This document shows, one piece after another, positions 47,810 through 57,433 of a stretch of 64,000 nt of DNA (the stretch's first letter is position 1; each line of letters opens with the position of its first letter). The DNA lies in assembly GCF_054482595.1 (NCBI RefSeq), contig NZ_CM137008.1; one strand, written 5' to 3'. The position numbers were made by a program, and so were the translations under genes. The notes beneath the pieces were generated by a model. The model had not been told where the DNA came from. It ran no database searches and saw only the letters and a list, made by a program, of their open reading frames with translations.

Positions 47810-47932
47810 CAGGGATAAACCGAACTAGTTAAAGTTTTTATTATGTTCCCTGCATCAGCGGGGATAAACCGGACTTGTTATCATTTTTTAAGTTGTCGAA
47901 CTTATGTTCCCCGCGTCAGCGGGGATAACCAT
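47810..47932 (+). CRISPR. Degenerate remnant CRISPR array (partial repeat, 2 degenerate repeats, one 32-nt spacer)
   Basis: cagggataaaccg (47810..47822), atgttccctgcatcagcggggataaaccg (47843..47871), 32-nt spacer, atgttccccgcgtcagcggggataaccat (47904..47932); a further repeat fragment agttccccatgccag lies near 47429. Confidence 0.75.
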
Positions 47933-47977
47933 TCAGGTATGTTCAGGCCGGGCTGTTTCCCGCCCGGCCTTCCTCAC

Positions 47978-49456
47978 TTACGCATTCGACCAGCTCTGGA
48001 TCGAATCCGCATTTCCCAATTCCCCATGCATCACTTCATACGATTTTTTCAGAATCACATCAGTATGTTTGGTTAGGTCTTTGAAAATGCCTTTATTCAT
48101 CGCGTCGTAGCGTTTGGCATTGCTCTCAATCGGTATAAAGATATCTTTCACGCGAACCATTTTATCGACAGCCGTTGCGTAATCCGGGTATAGCCCCAGA
48201 CCTACCGCTGTATTAATCGCTGCCCCCAGGCTTGCACAACCGTTAATGGCGTTACGTCGTGCCGGAAGGTTGAACACGTCGGCAAAAATCTGCATAAACA
48301 GATCGCTGTTCGAACCGCCGCCAGTAATGATTACATGCTTCGCAAAGTGATTCATTTCATTACACATATTGTCGTAATTGTTCTTCAGCGTCAGCGCCAC
48401 GCTTTCCAGTATCGAACGATATATCCATGCGTAATCCATGCTGGAATCAAAGCCGATCATAATCCCGCGTTTGTACGGTTCCCACGGATTGGTCAGCCAG
48501 TCCAGCACCGTCATCAGCCCATTACAGCCAGGTGGCACACTAGAGGCTTTCTTGTTGAGTAAATCTTCCGGTGAAAGATCCTGCGCCCTGGCATCCTGAA
48601 TTAACGACTCGCCTAACATGTCGCGCAGCCAGCTCACCGTCCACATGCCTTTGCGAATACCGTAACCTTCATACAGCAATGTTTGCGGAATAGAAGACAT
48701 AATCGGCCAGTACGCCACCGGATCTTTCGGCAAGGCTTTGCCGTTCATCATCAATGCGATGTAAGTGCCAAGAGAAATTACCGCAGTTTCATCATCCAGT
48801 AATCCGGCCCCCAGAGCTTCTACCGGTTTATCACTGGTGGTACAAACAACCGGCAGTCCTGCCGGGAAATGTGTCGCCAGTGCGGCTTGTGGTGTGATCT
48901 GTCCAAGGACGGTGCCAGGCATTTGCACATCAAACAGCATATGACGGGGGATATTAAACTTATCCATTACCGCAGCATCTTCACTCCATGCCCAGGTCTT
49001 ATAATCCACCGGCCACTGACCAAAATAGTTGGCGATATTGTCTTTAAACTCGCCGGTTAAGCGATGCGTCAGATAACCCGAAAAAGAGGTGACATAGGCC
49101 ACGTCAGGATTAGTGTGTTCGTAGGGACGCGTTACGCGTGCATCCTGCCAGCTAATCAATGGCGCAGCTGGCGTGCCATCGGCTTTCAATAACGCACGGC
49201 AGCAACGGATGGATCCCAGACCAATACCGACAATATCTTCTTTATTCCCGGCAAACTGACTCATCAAATCGTGACCGGCAAAACATAATGATGCCCATAA
49301 ATCGTCGTCAGGATGTTCTGCGGTATCGGCATCTGGCGTGTGCATCGGCTGCAATAAACCTTTGCCTTCGCAAACCACGTTACCTTCCAGATCGTACATC
49401 ACCACTTTTGTGCTCTGACTTCCGCCATCAATCCCTATGATGTATTTCTTCGACAT
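47978..49456 (-). CDS. ygcE: FGGY-family carbohydrate kinase
   Basis: 492-aa ORF MSKKYIIGIDGGSQSTKVVMYD; FGGY N- and C-terminal domains. Confidence 0.85.
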   Translation of the reverse strand: MSKKYIIGIDGGSQSTKVVMYDLEGNVVCEGKGLLQPMHTPDADTAEHPDDDLWASLCFAGHDLMSQFAGNKEDIVGIGLGSIRCCRALLKADGTPAAPLISWQDARVTRPYEHTNPDVAYVTSFSGYLTHRLTGEFKDNIANYFGQWPVDYKTWAWSEDAAVMDKFNIPRHMLFDVQMPGTVLGQITPQAALATHFPAGLPVVCTTSDKPVEALGAGLLDDETAVISLGTYIALMMNGKALPKDPVAYWPIMSSIPQTLLYEGYGIRKGMWTVSWLRDMLGESLIQDARAQDLSPEDLLNKKASSVPPGCNGLMTVLDWLTNPWEPYKRGIMIGFDSSMDYAWIYRSILESVALTLKNNYDNMCNEMNHFAKHVIITGGGSNSDLFMQIFADVFNLPARRNAINGCASLGAAINTAVGLGLYPDYATAVDKMVRVKDIFIPIESNAKRYDAMNKGIFKDLTKHTDVILKKSYEVMHGELGNADSIQSWSNA

Positions 49457-49482
49457 GATTTTTCTCCTGTAATTTTCCTGGC

Positions 49483-50760
49483 TTACTTGCTGCTAGCCAT
49501 TGCGGGGGCGCTATCAGCAGTACGAATTTTTTGGAACAGCAAAAAGGTAAAGACAATCACCATGGCAAGCGCCGCCATGCCCATCAGCCACATATTGCGG
49601 TAGGCTTCTGCTGCGGGCAGGGTGTCTTGCCAGTGGCCGATAATTGGGTAAACGAAGACATCCGGCAGGAATCCAATCACCGAGCAAATACCTACCGTGG
49701 TGCCCATAATGTAAGACGGTGTTCTCGCTTCGCCAGGGCAGGCCCAGTACAGCCCGCGTGAGGCGTAACAGGTGAATCCCAGCAGTAAAATCAGGCCAAT
49801 CCCCATCGCGACCGATTGCGGGTTAGAGTTCGTGACGAGCAGGGCAGTTAACGCCAGCAGGCCGAGTACGGAAAGGATTTGGATCACGCGGGTAGGGGAT
49901 TTCACTTTGCTGTAGGTGGTGATTATGCCGCCAAGTGGGCCGCACAGCGCGCGGAAGATTTTGTTGATCACAATCCCCATGTAGCTCGCCGCCACCAGCG
50001 ACATGCCGTACATTTCGGTCAGATAGTTGGTGGAGTAACTCAGAATGGCGTAGATGGTGAAGACACCAAAAATCACCATGCTGCAATACCAGGTGGTACT
50101 GATACGCAAAACGGCCAGGATATCGCTAAGCTGGAATGACTGTTTTTCTTCGTTATTGGCACTGCGCAGGTTGTTGTTATCGCTAACAAAAAACCAGCAC
50201 AGAAGCCCCAACAAGATGTAAACCACACTGTAGATGATAATGACCGTTTTCAGGCTGGCGCTGTCATCCGGTGCAAAGCGAGAAAAGACCCACATGGTAA
50301 ACACCGCCAGCGACATTACACCGACGCCGCGCAGCCCTTCCATCCAGCCCATAATTTTCCCTTGCTCGCTATGATCGCCAAGCAACGATGCGGCTTTAAT
50401 CGACACCGACCACAGCATTAAAATCGTCGTTATCGCAAAGGCGACCTGAATACAGAGCATTACCCACAGCGGTGGATACGTTGCCATTAACAGACCCAGT
50501 AATCCGGTAATGATCATCGCGGAAGTAATCATTTTGCGATGTGAGAATTTATCAGCAATAACGCCGCTGGGGGCATAAAGAATAATAGCTGCAATACCAA
50601 AGGTACTCATTATTAAACCTATCTCGGTATTGCTGAATCCCATAAATTTCGCCATGGGAATTTGATAAATATAACGTAAATAAGCCAGGTCGAAACTAAC
50701 GCCGCCGCTAAAACTAATTATCGCGAGGGTTATCCAACGGCGATATGAGTTGTGTTGCAT
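49483..50760 (-). CDS. yqcE: MFS transporter
   Basis: 425-aa polytopic ORF upstream of and co-oriented with ygcE. Confidence 0.85.
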   Translation of the reverse strand: MQHNSYRRWITLAIISFSGGVSFDLAYLRYIYQIPMAKFMGFSNTEIGLIMSTFGIAAIILYAPSGVIADKFSHRKMITSAMIITGLLGLLMATYPPLWVMLCIQVAFAITTILMLWSVSIKAASLLGDHSEQGKIMGWMEGLRGVGVMSLAVFTMWVFSRFAPDDSASLKTVIIIYSVVYILLGLLCWFFVSDNNNLRSANNEEKQSFQLSDILAVLRISTTWYCSMVIFGVFTIYAILSYSTNYLTEMYGMSLVAASYMGIVINKIFRALCGPLGGIITTYSKVKSPTRVIQILSVLGLLALTALLVTNSNPQSVAMGIGLILLLGFTCYASRGLYWACPGEARTPSYIMGTTVGICSVIGFLPDVFVYPIIGHWQDTLPAAEAYRNMWLMGMAALAMVIVFTFLLFQKIRTADSAPAMASSK

Positions 50761-50882
50761 ATCGTATTCCCATTTGTAATAGACAAAAAAAAGAGAAAAG
50801 TAAGCCGCCCTTTCAGGTGGATTACTTTTCTCAGGTCTCTAGTAATTGAAATAATAAATAACATGGAAAGCAGAGGTGTTGT

Positions 50883-50954
50883 GTGAGAGTAATCACGCTT
50901 CTGCTTTTTAAAACTATTTGATAATGCGAATATCACACTGTGATTACGATCACA
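50883..50954. promoter_or_regulatory. Two CRP-like boxes in the yqcE/ygcW divergent region
   Basis: tgtgaGAGTAAtcacg (50883..50898) and perfect TGTGAttacgaTCACA (50939..50954). Confidence 0.55.
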
Positions 50955-51008
50955 TTAGCAGTTATGCCCTTATGCTAAAAATTATCTCCAGTTACCAGAG
51001 ATAATGAG

Positions 51009-51054
51009 AAAGGTAACTTCCCTCTCGCGGGGGAAGTTACCTTTCTTTTTTTTT
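51009..51054 (+). terminator. Strong intrinsic-terminator-like hairpin in the ygcW leader (possible attenuator)
   Basis: aaaggtaacttccc-tctcgcgg-gggaagttaccttt (14-bp perfect stem) followed by cTTTTTTTTT; ends 25 nt before the ygcW start codon. Confidence 0.6.
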
Positions 51055-51078
51055 GCCTTACGGAAATTGGAGCTAACT

Positions 51079-51864
51079 ATGTCAATCGAATCTCTCAATG
51101 CGTTCTCAATGGATTTTTTCTCCCTGAAAGGTAAAACCGCAATTGTTACCGGCGGGAATAGCGGTTTAGGCCAGGCATTTGCCATGGCGTTGGCCAAAGC
51201 AGGCGCAAATGTCTTTATTCCTAGCTTCGTCAAAGATAACGGCGAAACAAAGGAAATGATTGAAAAACAGGGTGTTGAAGTTGATTTTATGCAGGTGGAT
51301 ATCACCGCAGAAGGCGCGCCGCAGAAGATTATCGCTGCTTGCTGTGAGCGTTTCGGAACAGTTGATATTCTGGTTAACAATGCCGGTATTTGTAAGCTGA
51401 ATAAGGTGCTGGACTTTGGTCGAGCCGACTGGGACCCGATGATTGATGTGAACCTGACCGCCGCATTCGAGTTAAGCTACGAAGCGGCAAAAATTATGAT
51501 CCCGCAGAAAAGCGGTAAAATTATTAATATCTGTTCATTGTTCTCTTACTTAGGTGGACAATGGTCACCTGCATATTCTGCCACTAAACATGCTCTTGCC
51601 GGATTCACCAAAGCTTATTGTGATGAACTAGGTCAATATAATATTCAGGTAAATGGTATCGCCCCTGGCTATTATGCAACAGATATTACGCTGGCGACAC
51701 GCAGTAATCCAGAAACCAATCAGCGCGTTCTTGATCATATTCCGGCAAACCGTTGGGGCGATACTCAGGATTTAATGGGCGCAGCCGTGTTTCTCGCAAG
51801 TCAGGCATCGAATTATGTCAACGGGCATTTATTAGTGGTCGATGGCGGTTATTTAGTGCGCTAA
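51079..51864 (+). CDS. ygcW: Short-chain dehydrogenase/reductase (KduD/FabG-like)
   Basis: ORF 51004..51864; start chosen at MSIESLNAFSM (261 aa) after RBS ggag; Rossmann motif TGGNSGLGQA; YxxxK catalytic motif (YSATK). Confidence 0.85.
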   Translation: MSIESLNAFSMDFFSLKGKTAIVTGGNSGLGQAFAMALAKAGANVFIPSFVKDNGETKEMIEKQGVEVDFMQVDITAEGAPQKIIAACCERFGTVDILVNNAGICKLNKVLDFGRADWDPMIDVNLTAAFELSYEAAKIMIPQKSGKIINICSLFSYLGGQWSPAYSATKHALAGFTKAYCDELGQYNIQVNGIAPGYYATDITLATRSNPETNQRVLDHIPANRWGDTQDLMGAAVFLASQASNYVNGHLLVVDGGYLVR

Positions 51865-51933
51865 CCCATAACGGTGGTTTCTGTTTTCTCTTATTAATGA
51901 TTATTCCATTTTTATTATCAGGAAGGAATTACT

Positions 51934-53388
51934 ATGTCTTTATCTCGCGCAGCGATTGTCGACCAGCTAAAGGAAATTGTTGGTGCAGATCGCGTAATTA
52001 CCGATGAAACAGTATTAAAGAAGAACAGTATTGACCGTTTTCGTAAATTTCCGGATATTCATGGCATTTATACTTTGCCGATTCCGGCAGCGGTCGTAAA
52101 ACTCGGTTCCACAGAACAAGTCTCCCGTGTGCTGAATTTTATGAATGCGCACAAAATTAACGGTGTGCCGCGTACCGGTGCTTCCGCCACCGAAGGTGGG
52201 CTGGAAACTGTTGTAGAAAACTCGGTGGTGCTCGACGGCTCCGCCATGAATCAAATCATTAATATTGATATTGAGAATATGCAGGCGACGGCGCAATGTG
52301 GCGTTCCCCTGGAAGTGCTGGAAAACGCGTTGCGTGAAAAAGGTTACACCACGGGGCATTCTCCGCAGTCAAAGCCGCTGGCGCAGATGGGCGGCCTGGT
52401 AGCAACCCGCAGTATCGGGCAGTTCTCCACACTCTACGGCGCAATCGAAGATATGGTCGTTGGTCTGGAAGCAGTATTGGCTGATGGCACCGTCACACGC
52501 ATTAAAAACGTGCCACGCCGCGCGGCTGGCCCGGACATTCGTCACATCATCATCGGCAACGAAGGTGCATTGTGCTATATCACTGAAGTAACAGTGAAAA
52601 TCTTTAAATTCACCCCGAAAAACAACCTCTTCTACGGCTATATCCTGGAAGACATGAAAACCGGCTTCAACATCCTGCGTGAAATCATGGTGGAAGGGTA
52701 TCGTCCGTCGATCGCTCGTTTGTATGACGCTGAAGATGGCACCCAACACTTCACCCATTTTGCCGACGGAAAATGTGTGCTGATCTTTATGGCTGAAGGT
52801 AACCCTCGCATTGCGAAGGCGACGGGCGAAGGGATTGCGGAAATCGTTGCCCGCTACCCGCAGTGCCAGCGCGTGGACAGCAAACTGATCGAAACCTGGT
52901 TTAACAACCTGAACTGGGGACCGGATAAAGTGGCTGCCGAACGTGTGCAAATCCTCAAAACCGGCAACATGGGCTTTACCACTGAAGTGTCCGGCTGCTG
53001 GAGCTGCATCCACGAAATCTACGAAAGCGTTATTAACCGTATTCGTATCGAGTTCCCGCACGCCGACGACATCACTATGCTGGGTGGTCACTCCTCTCAT
53101 AGCTATCAGAACGGCACCAACATGTACTTCGTCTACGACTACAACGTTGTCAACTGTAAGCCGGAAGAGGAAATCGACAAGTACCACAATCCGCTCAACA
53201 AAATCATCTGCGAAGAAACCATTCGCCTCGGCGGTTCGATGGTGCACCACCACGGCATTGGTAAACATCGCGTTCACTGGAGCAAGCTGGAACACGGCAG
53301 CGCGTGGGCGTTGCTGGAAGGGCTGAAAAAGCAATTCGATCCTAACGGCATTATGAATACGGGTACTATCTATCCGATTGAAAAATAA
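51934..53388 (+). CDS. ygcU: FAD-linked oxidoreductase (FAD-binding PCMH type)
   Basis: 484-aa ORF MSLSRAAIVDQLKEIVGADRVITDE. Confidence 0.85.
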   Translation: MSLSRAAIVDQLKEIVGADRVITDETVLKKNSIDRFRKFPDIHGIYTLPIPAAVVKLGSTEQVSRVLNFMNAHKINGVPRTGASATEGGLETVVENSVVLDGSAMNQIINIDIENMQATAQCGVPLEVLENALREKGYTTGHSPQSKPLAQMGGLVATRSIGQFSTLYGAIEDMVVGLEAVLADGTVTRIKNVPRRAAGPDIRHIIIGNEGALCYITEVTVKIFKFTPKNNLFYGYILEDMKTGFNILREIMVEGYRPSIARLYDAEDGTQHFTHFADGKCVLIFMAEGNPRIAKATGEGIAEIVARYPQCQRVDSKLIETWFNNLNWGPDKVAAERVQILKTGNMGFTTEVSGCWSCIHEIYESVINRIRIEFPHADDITMLGGHSSHSYQNGTNMYFVYDYNVVNCKPEEEIDKYHNPLNKIICEETIRLGGSMVHHHGIGKHRVHWSKLEHGSAWALLEGLKKQFDPNGIMNTGTIYPIEK

Positions 53389-53481
53389 TGTGTCAGGCAG
53401 CGTTCCGCGATGATGGGGCGTTGCCTTTTCGGCTTCTCAGGCGAGAAGCCGTTCTTATTACCGGACAATGAAGGGGTAAAG

Positions 53482-54819
53482 ATGAACACTTCACCGGTGC
53501 GAATGGATGATTTACCGCTTAACCGTTTTCACTGTCGAATTGCTGCGCTCACTTTCGGCGCACACCTGACCGACGGTTATGTTCTCGGCGTCATTGGTTA
53601 CGCCATTATTCAACTTACGCCCGCCATGCAACTGACGCCGTTTATGGCGGGAATGATCGGCGGCTCGGCGCTCCTTGGTTTGTTTCTTGGCAGCCTGGTT
53701 CTTGGGTGGATCTCCGACCATATTGGTCGGCAAAAAATCTTCACCTTCAGCTTTTTGCTGATTACGCTCGCTTCGTTCCTGCAATTTTTTGCCACCACGC
53801 CAGAGCATCTTATTGGACTGCGCATTTTGATCGGCATTGGTCTGGGAGGCGATTACTCAGTAGGTCACACCTTGCTGGCTGAATTTTCCCCGCGCCGCCA
53901 TCGCGGTGTTTTGCTGGGCGCATTCAGCGTGGTGTGGACCGTAGGCTATGTGTTAGCAAGTATTGCCGGACATCACTTTATTAGCGAAAGCCCGGAGGCC
54001 TGGCGCTGGCTGCTGGCATCGGCAGCTATGCCCGCGTTGTTGATTACGTTATTACGCTGGGGAACGCCAGAATCGCCACGCTGGCTACTGCGCCAGGGGC
54101 GTTTTGCAGAAGCTCACGCTATCGTGCATCGCTATTTTGGTCCCCATGTTTTACTGGGCGATGAAGTGGCAACGGCGACCCATAAACACATCAAAACCTT
54201 GTTCTCTTCGCGCTACTGGCGGCGCACGGCGTTTAACAGCGTCTTCTTTGTCTGCCTCGTAATCCCATGGTTTGTGATTTATACCTGGCTGCCAACTATC
54301 GCCCAGACTATTGGTCTAGAAGATGCGCTGACTGCCAGCCTGATGCTTAATGCGTTGTTAATTGTGGGCGCGCTGCTGGGATTAGTTCTGACGCACCTGC
54401 TGGCACATCGCAAATTTTTGCTGGGAAGTTTTTTGCTGCTGGCGGCAACGCTGGTAGTAGTGGCCTGTTTGCCTTCCGGCAGTTCATTAACGCTGCTGCT
54501 TTTTGTTCTCTTCAGCACCACCATTTCGGCAGTCAGTAATCTGGTGGGCATTTTGCCTGCGGAAAGTTTTCCTACTGACATTCGCTCGCTGGGCGTCGGT
54601 TTTGCCACCGCCATGAGCCGGTTGGGCGCGGCGGTAAGTACTGGCCTGCTGCCGTGGGTGCTGGCGCAGTGGGGAATGCAAGTTACCTTATTGATCCTGG
54701 CGGCAGTGTTGTTGGTTGGTTTTGTTGTGACCTGGCTATGGGCACCAGAAACCAAAGCACTCCCGCTGGTGGCGGCGGGAAATGTAGGAGGTGCGAATGA
54801 ACATTCTGTTAGCGTTTAA
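53482..54819 (+). CDS. ygcS: MFS sugar transporter
   Basis: ORF 53410..54819; start chosen at MNTSPVRMDD (445 aa); polytopic. Confidence 0.8.
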   Translation: MNTSPVRMDDLPLNRFHCRIAALTFGAHLTDGYVLGVIGYAIIQLTPAMQLTPFMAGMIGGSALLGLFLGSLVLGWISDHIGRQKIFTFSFLLITLASFLQFFATTPEHLIGLRILIGIGLGGDYSVGHTLLAEFSPRRHRGVLLGAFSVVWTVGYVLASIAGHHFISESPEAWRWLLASAAMPALLITLLRWGTPESPRWLLRQGRFAEAHAIVHRYFGPHVLLGDEVATATHKHIKTLFSSRYWRRTAFNSVFFVCLVIPWFVIYTWLPTIAQTIGLEDALTASLMLNALLIVGALLGLVLTHLLAHRKFLLGSFLLLAATLVVVACLPSGSSLTLLLFVLFSTTISAVSNLVGILPAESFPTDIRSLGVGFATAMSRLGAAVSTGLLPWVLAQWGMQVTLLILAAVLLVGFVVTWLWAPETKALPLVAAGNVGGANEHSVSV

Positions 54820-55576
54820 AGCCGAACCGGATGCCGGAATGCTGGCGGAAAAAGAGTGGCAGGCGGCGGCTCAGGGTAATAGCGGACCGGATGTTTCGCT
54901 ACTGCGAAGTTTACTCGGTGCTGATGAACAGGCTGCCGCCGCGCTGCTGTTGGCGCAGAGAAAAAACGGTACGCCGATGTCTTTAACCGCGTTGAGCATG
55001 GGGGATGAACGGGCGTTACACTGGCTGCGCTATCTCATGGCTCTTGGGTTTGAGGAAGCTGTATTGCTGGAGACGGCGGCAGATCTGCGCTTTGCGTCGG
55101 AATTTGTCGCTCGCCATATTGCCGAATGGCAGCGTCAGAATCCGCTGGATCTGATAATTACCGGCTGCCAAAGCAGCGAAGGGCAGAATGGGCAAACGCC
55201 ATTTTTGCTGGCGGAAACGCTGGGCTGGCCCTGCTTCACCCAGGTGGAGCGTTTCACTCTCGACGCGCTGTTTATCACCCTCGAACAGCGTACTGAACAT
55301 GGGCTGCGCTGTTGCCGGGTTCGCTTGCCTGCGGTGATTGCCGTGCGCCAGTGCGGTGAAGTGGCCTTGCCAGTACCGGGAATGCGCCAGCGAATGGCTG
55401 CGGGGAAAGCGGAAATTATCCGTAAAACTGTTGCTGCCGAATTGCCAGCGATGCAGTGTCTGCAACTGGCAAGAGCAGAGCAACGACGCGGAGCGACGCT
55501 GATTGATGGGCAAACGGTAGCAGAAAAAGCGCAAAAGCTATGGCAGGACTATTTACGCCAAAGGATGCAGCCATGA
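54797..55576 (+). CDS. ygcR: Electron-transfer-flavoprotein beta-subunit-like protein
   Basis: ORF 54791..55576; start chosen at MNILLAFKAEPDAG (259 aa); overlaps ygcS 3' end. Confidence 0.8.
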   Translation: MNILLAFKAEPDAGMLAEKEWQAAAQGNSGPDVSLLRSLLGADEQAAAALLLAQRKNGTPMSLTALSMGDERALHWLRYLMALGFEEAVLLETAADLRFASEFVARHIAEWQRQNPLDLIITGCQSSEGQNGQTPFLLAETLGWPCFTQVERFTLDALFITLEQRTEHGLRCCRVRLPAVIAVRQCGEVALPVPGMRQRMAAGKAEIIRKTVAAELPAMQCLQLARAEQRRGATLIDGQTVAEKAQKLWQDYLRQRMQP

Positions 55577-56433
55577 ATATCGCAATTGTGACAATAAATC
55601 AGGAGAATGCCGCAATAGCAAGCTGGCTGGCGGCGCAGGATTTCAGCGGTTGTACCCTGGCGCACTGGCAGATTGAACCTCAGCCCGTAGTGGCGGAACA
55701 GGTGCTGGATGCGCTGGTGGAACAGTGGCAGCGAACGCCTGCGAACGTTGTTCTCTTTCCGCCGGGAACGTTTGGCGATGAACTGTCGACCCGGCTGGCC
55801 TGGCGTTTACATGGTGCAAGCATCTGCCAGGTGACTTCGTTAGAGATTCCAACCGTAAGCGTGCGCAAATCCCACTGGGGAAATGCGCTAACGGCGACGC
55901 TGCAAACAGAAAAACGCCCGCTATGCCTTTCCCTGGCGCGTCAGGCGGGAGCAGCGAAAAACGCCACGTTGCCCTCTGGAATGCAACAACTGAACATTGT
56001 CCCGGGTGCGCTTCCGGACTGGCTGGTTAGCATAGAGAACCTGAAAAATGTTACCCGCGACCCATTAGCTGAGGCCAGACGGGTGTTGGTGGTGGGGCAG
56101 GGCGGAGAGGCAGATAACCAGGAAATCGCTATGCTGGCAGAAAAGCTGGGAGCCGAAGTGGGCTACAGTCGGGCGCGAGTGATGAACGGTGGCGTTGATG
56201 CTGAAAAAGTGATTGGTATTTCCGGACATCTGCTGGCACCTGAGGTGTGTATTGTTGTTGGCGCTTCTGGCGCAGCAGCGTTAATGGCGGGCGTACGCAA
56301 TAGCAAGTTTGTGGTGGCGATTAATCATGACGCCAGCGCAGCGGTATTTTCACAGGCAGATGTTGGCGTGGTTGATGACTGGAAAGTGGTGCTGGAGGCA
56401 CTGGTGACAAACATTGACGCAGATTGCCAATAA
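55573..56433 (+). CDS. ygcQ: Electron-transfer-flavoprotein alpha-subunit-like protein
   Basis: ORF 55540..56433; start chosen at MNIAIVTINQ (286 aa); C-terminal FAD-binding region. Confidence 0.8.
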   Translation: MNIAIVTINQENAAIASWLAAQDFSGCTLAHWQIEPQPVVAEQVLDALVEQWQRTPANVVLFPPGTFGDELSTRLAWRLHGASICQVTSLEIPTVSVRKSHWGNALTATLQTEKRPLCLSLARQAGAAKNATLPSGMQQLNIVPGALPDWLVSIENLKNVTRDPLAEARRVLVVGQGGEADNQEIAMLAEKLGAEVGYSRARVMNGGVDAEKVIGISGHLLAPEVCIVVGASGAAALMAGVRNSKFVVAINHDASAAVFSQADVGVVDDWKVVLEALVTNIDADCQ

Positions 56434-56437
56434 CGTG

Positions 56438-56548
56438 TTGCCGGATGATCCTGCCTACGGTTCTGGACTGGGGACCTGTAGGCCTGATAAGACGCGTTAA
56501 GCGTCGCATCAGGCGCTGAATGTCGGATGTGGCGTGCGGCCTACAAAT
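56438..56548. repeat. REP/BIME cluster between convergent ygcQ and ygcP
   Basis: gccggatgatcctgcctacgg, tgtaggcctgataagacgcgttaagcgtcgcatcaggcgc, gtcggatgtggcgtgcggcctaca. Confidence 0.7.
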
Positions 56549-56580
56549 CAAACCAAATTCAATTGGTTACGATTATCCCG

Positions 56581-57156
56581 TCAAAGCAATTTTTTCGCTA
56601 ACGTCCAGACTCCGGTATTCGTGGTGGAAAGCGCCACGACACCCGCGTTAATCGCATTACGCGCATCTTCTTCATCGCATACCAGCCCGCCAGCAATCAG
56701 CGGTTGGCGGATTTTTTCCGTCACCCAGCCCAGCACTTTGGGCATGCAGCCTGGCAGGATCTCAATACAATCCGGATTCGATTGCGCAACTTGCTTATCA
56801 ATGTTGTGAAACGAAATCGAATCAACAATAAACAGGCGATGAATACAGAAAAAACCTTCCGCTCTTGCCGCTTTCAACATTGAGGCTTTGGTACTGATAA
56901 TGCCGTCCGCCTCGGTCACCAGTTTCAAAAACTGAATCACGACTTCTTTATTTGACGCGCCTTCCAGCAAATCAACATGAATAAAAGCATATTTCCCGGC
57001 GTTCTTAATCTTTTTAACGATATTACTGATGGTGCAGATATTGCCGTACAACACGGAAATAAACTGGCATTCAGAGTCGATTGCCAGTTGTAGGCTGGCA
57101 TTATCTTTAACGGCAGCAATCACCGGATTCTGGCGGAGCAGGTGTAAGAGGGGCAT
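56581..57156 (-). CDS. ygcP: GlpP-like (glycerol-3-phosphate-responsive antiterminator family) protein
   Basis: 191-aa ORF MPLLHLLRQNPVIAAVKDN; last gene of the ygcN-ygcO-ygcP minus-strand unit. Confidence 0.8.
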   Translation of the reverse strand: MPLLHLLRQNPVIAAVKDNASLQLAIDSECQFISVLYGNICTISNIVKKIKNAGKYAFIHVDLLEGASNKEVVIQFLKLVTEADGIISTKASMLKAARAEGFFCIHRLFIVDSISFHNIDKQVAQSNPDCIEILPGCMPKVLGWVTEKIRQPLIAGGLVCDEEDARNAINAGVVALSTTNTGVWTLAKKLL

Positions 57157-57172
57157 AAATTATCCTTATTAT

Positions 57173-57433
57173 TTATCCAAAACGGTAGGTGATGCCGAAT
57201 CCGGAAGGCGGATAGCGCCACTGTTGTAGTGTTGATTCGTCGCACAGCAAACGGCAGGTGCCACACTCCAGGCAACTGCGATAGTCAATACGTAAGTCAC
57301 CTTCCGGTGTGAGCGAAAAAAGACCTGCCGGACAGGCGTTAATCAACCGTTCTGCCGTCTGGCGCTCAACGGAGTCAGCCGGAACAATATGTGGCGCATC
57401 AGCAGCGCGCCAGAGATTACGGGCTACAGACAT
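57173..57433 (-). CDS. ygcO: Ferredoxin-like protein (FixX-like)
   Basis: ORF 57173..57469; start chosen at MSVARNLW (86 aa); Cys cluster CLECGTCRLLC. Confidence 0.75.
   Translation of the reverse strand: MSVARNLWRAADAPHIVPADSVERQTAERLINACPAGLFSLTPEGDLRIDYRSCLECGTCRLLCDESTLQQWRYPPSGFGITYRFG

Noticed and set aside
51004-51078. Upstream in-frame extension of ygcW
   Set aside because: It would translate through the terminator hairpin and T-tract; the Met at 51079 has a proper RBS.
52369-53334. 321-aa minus-strand ORF opposite ygcU
   Set aside because: Antisense shadow; ygcU on the plus strand has a coherent FAD-oxidase sequence.
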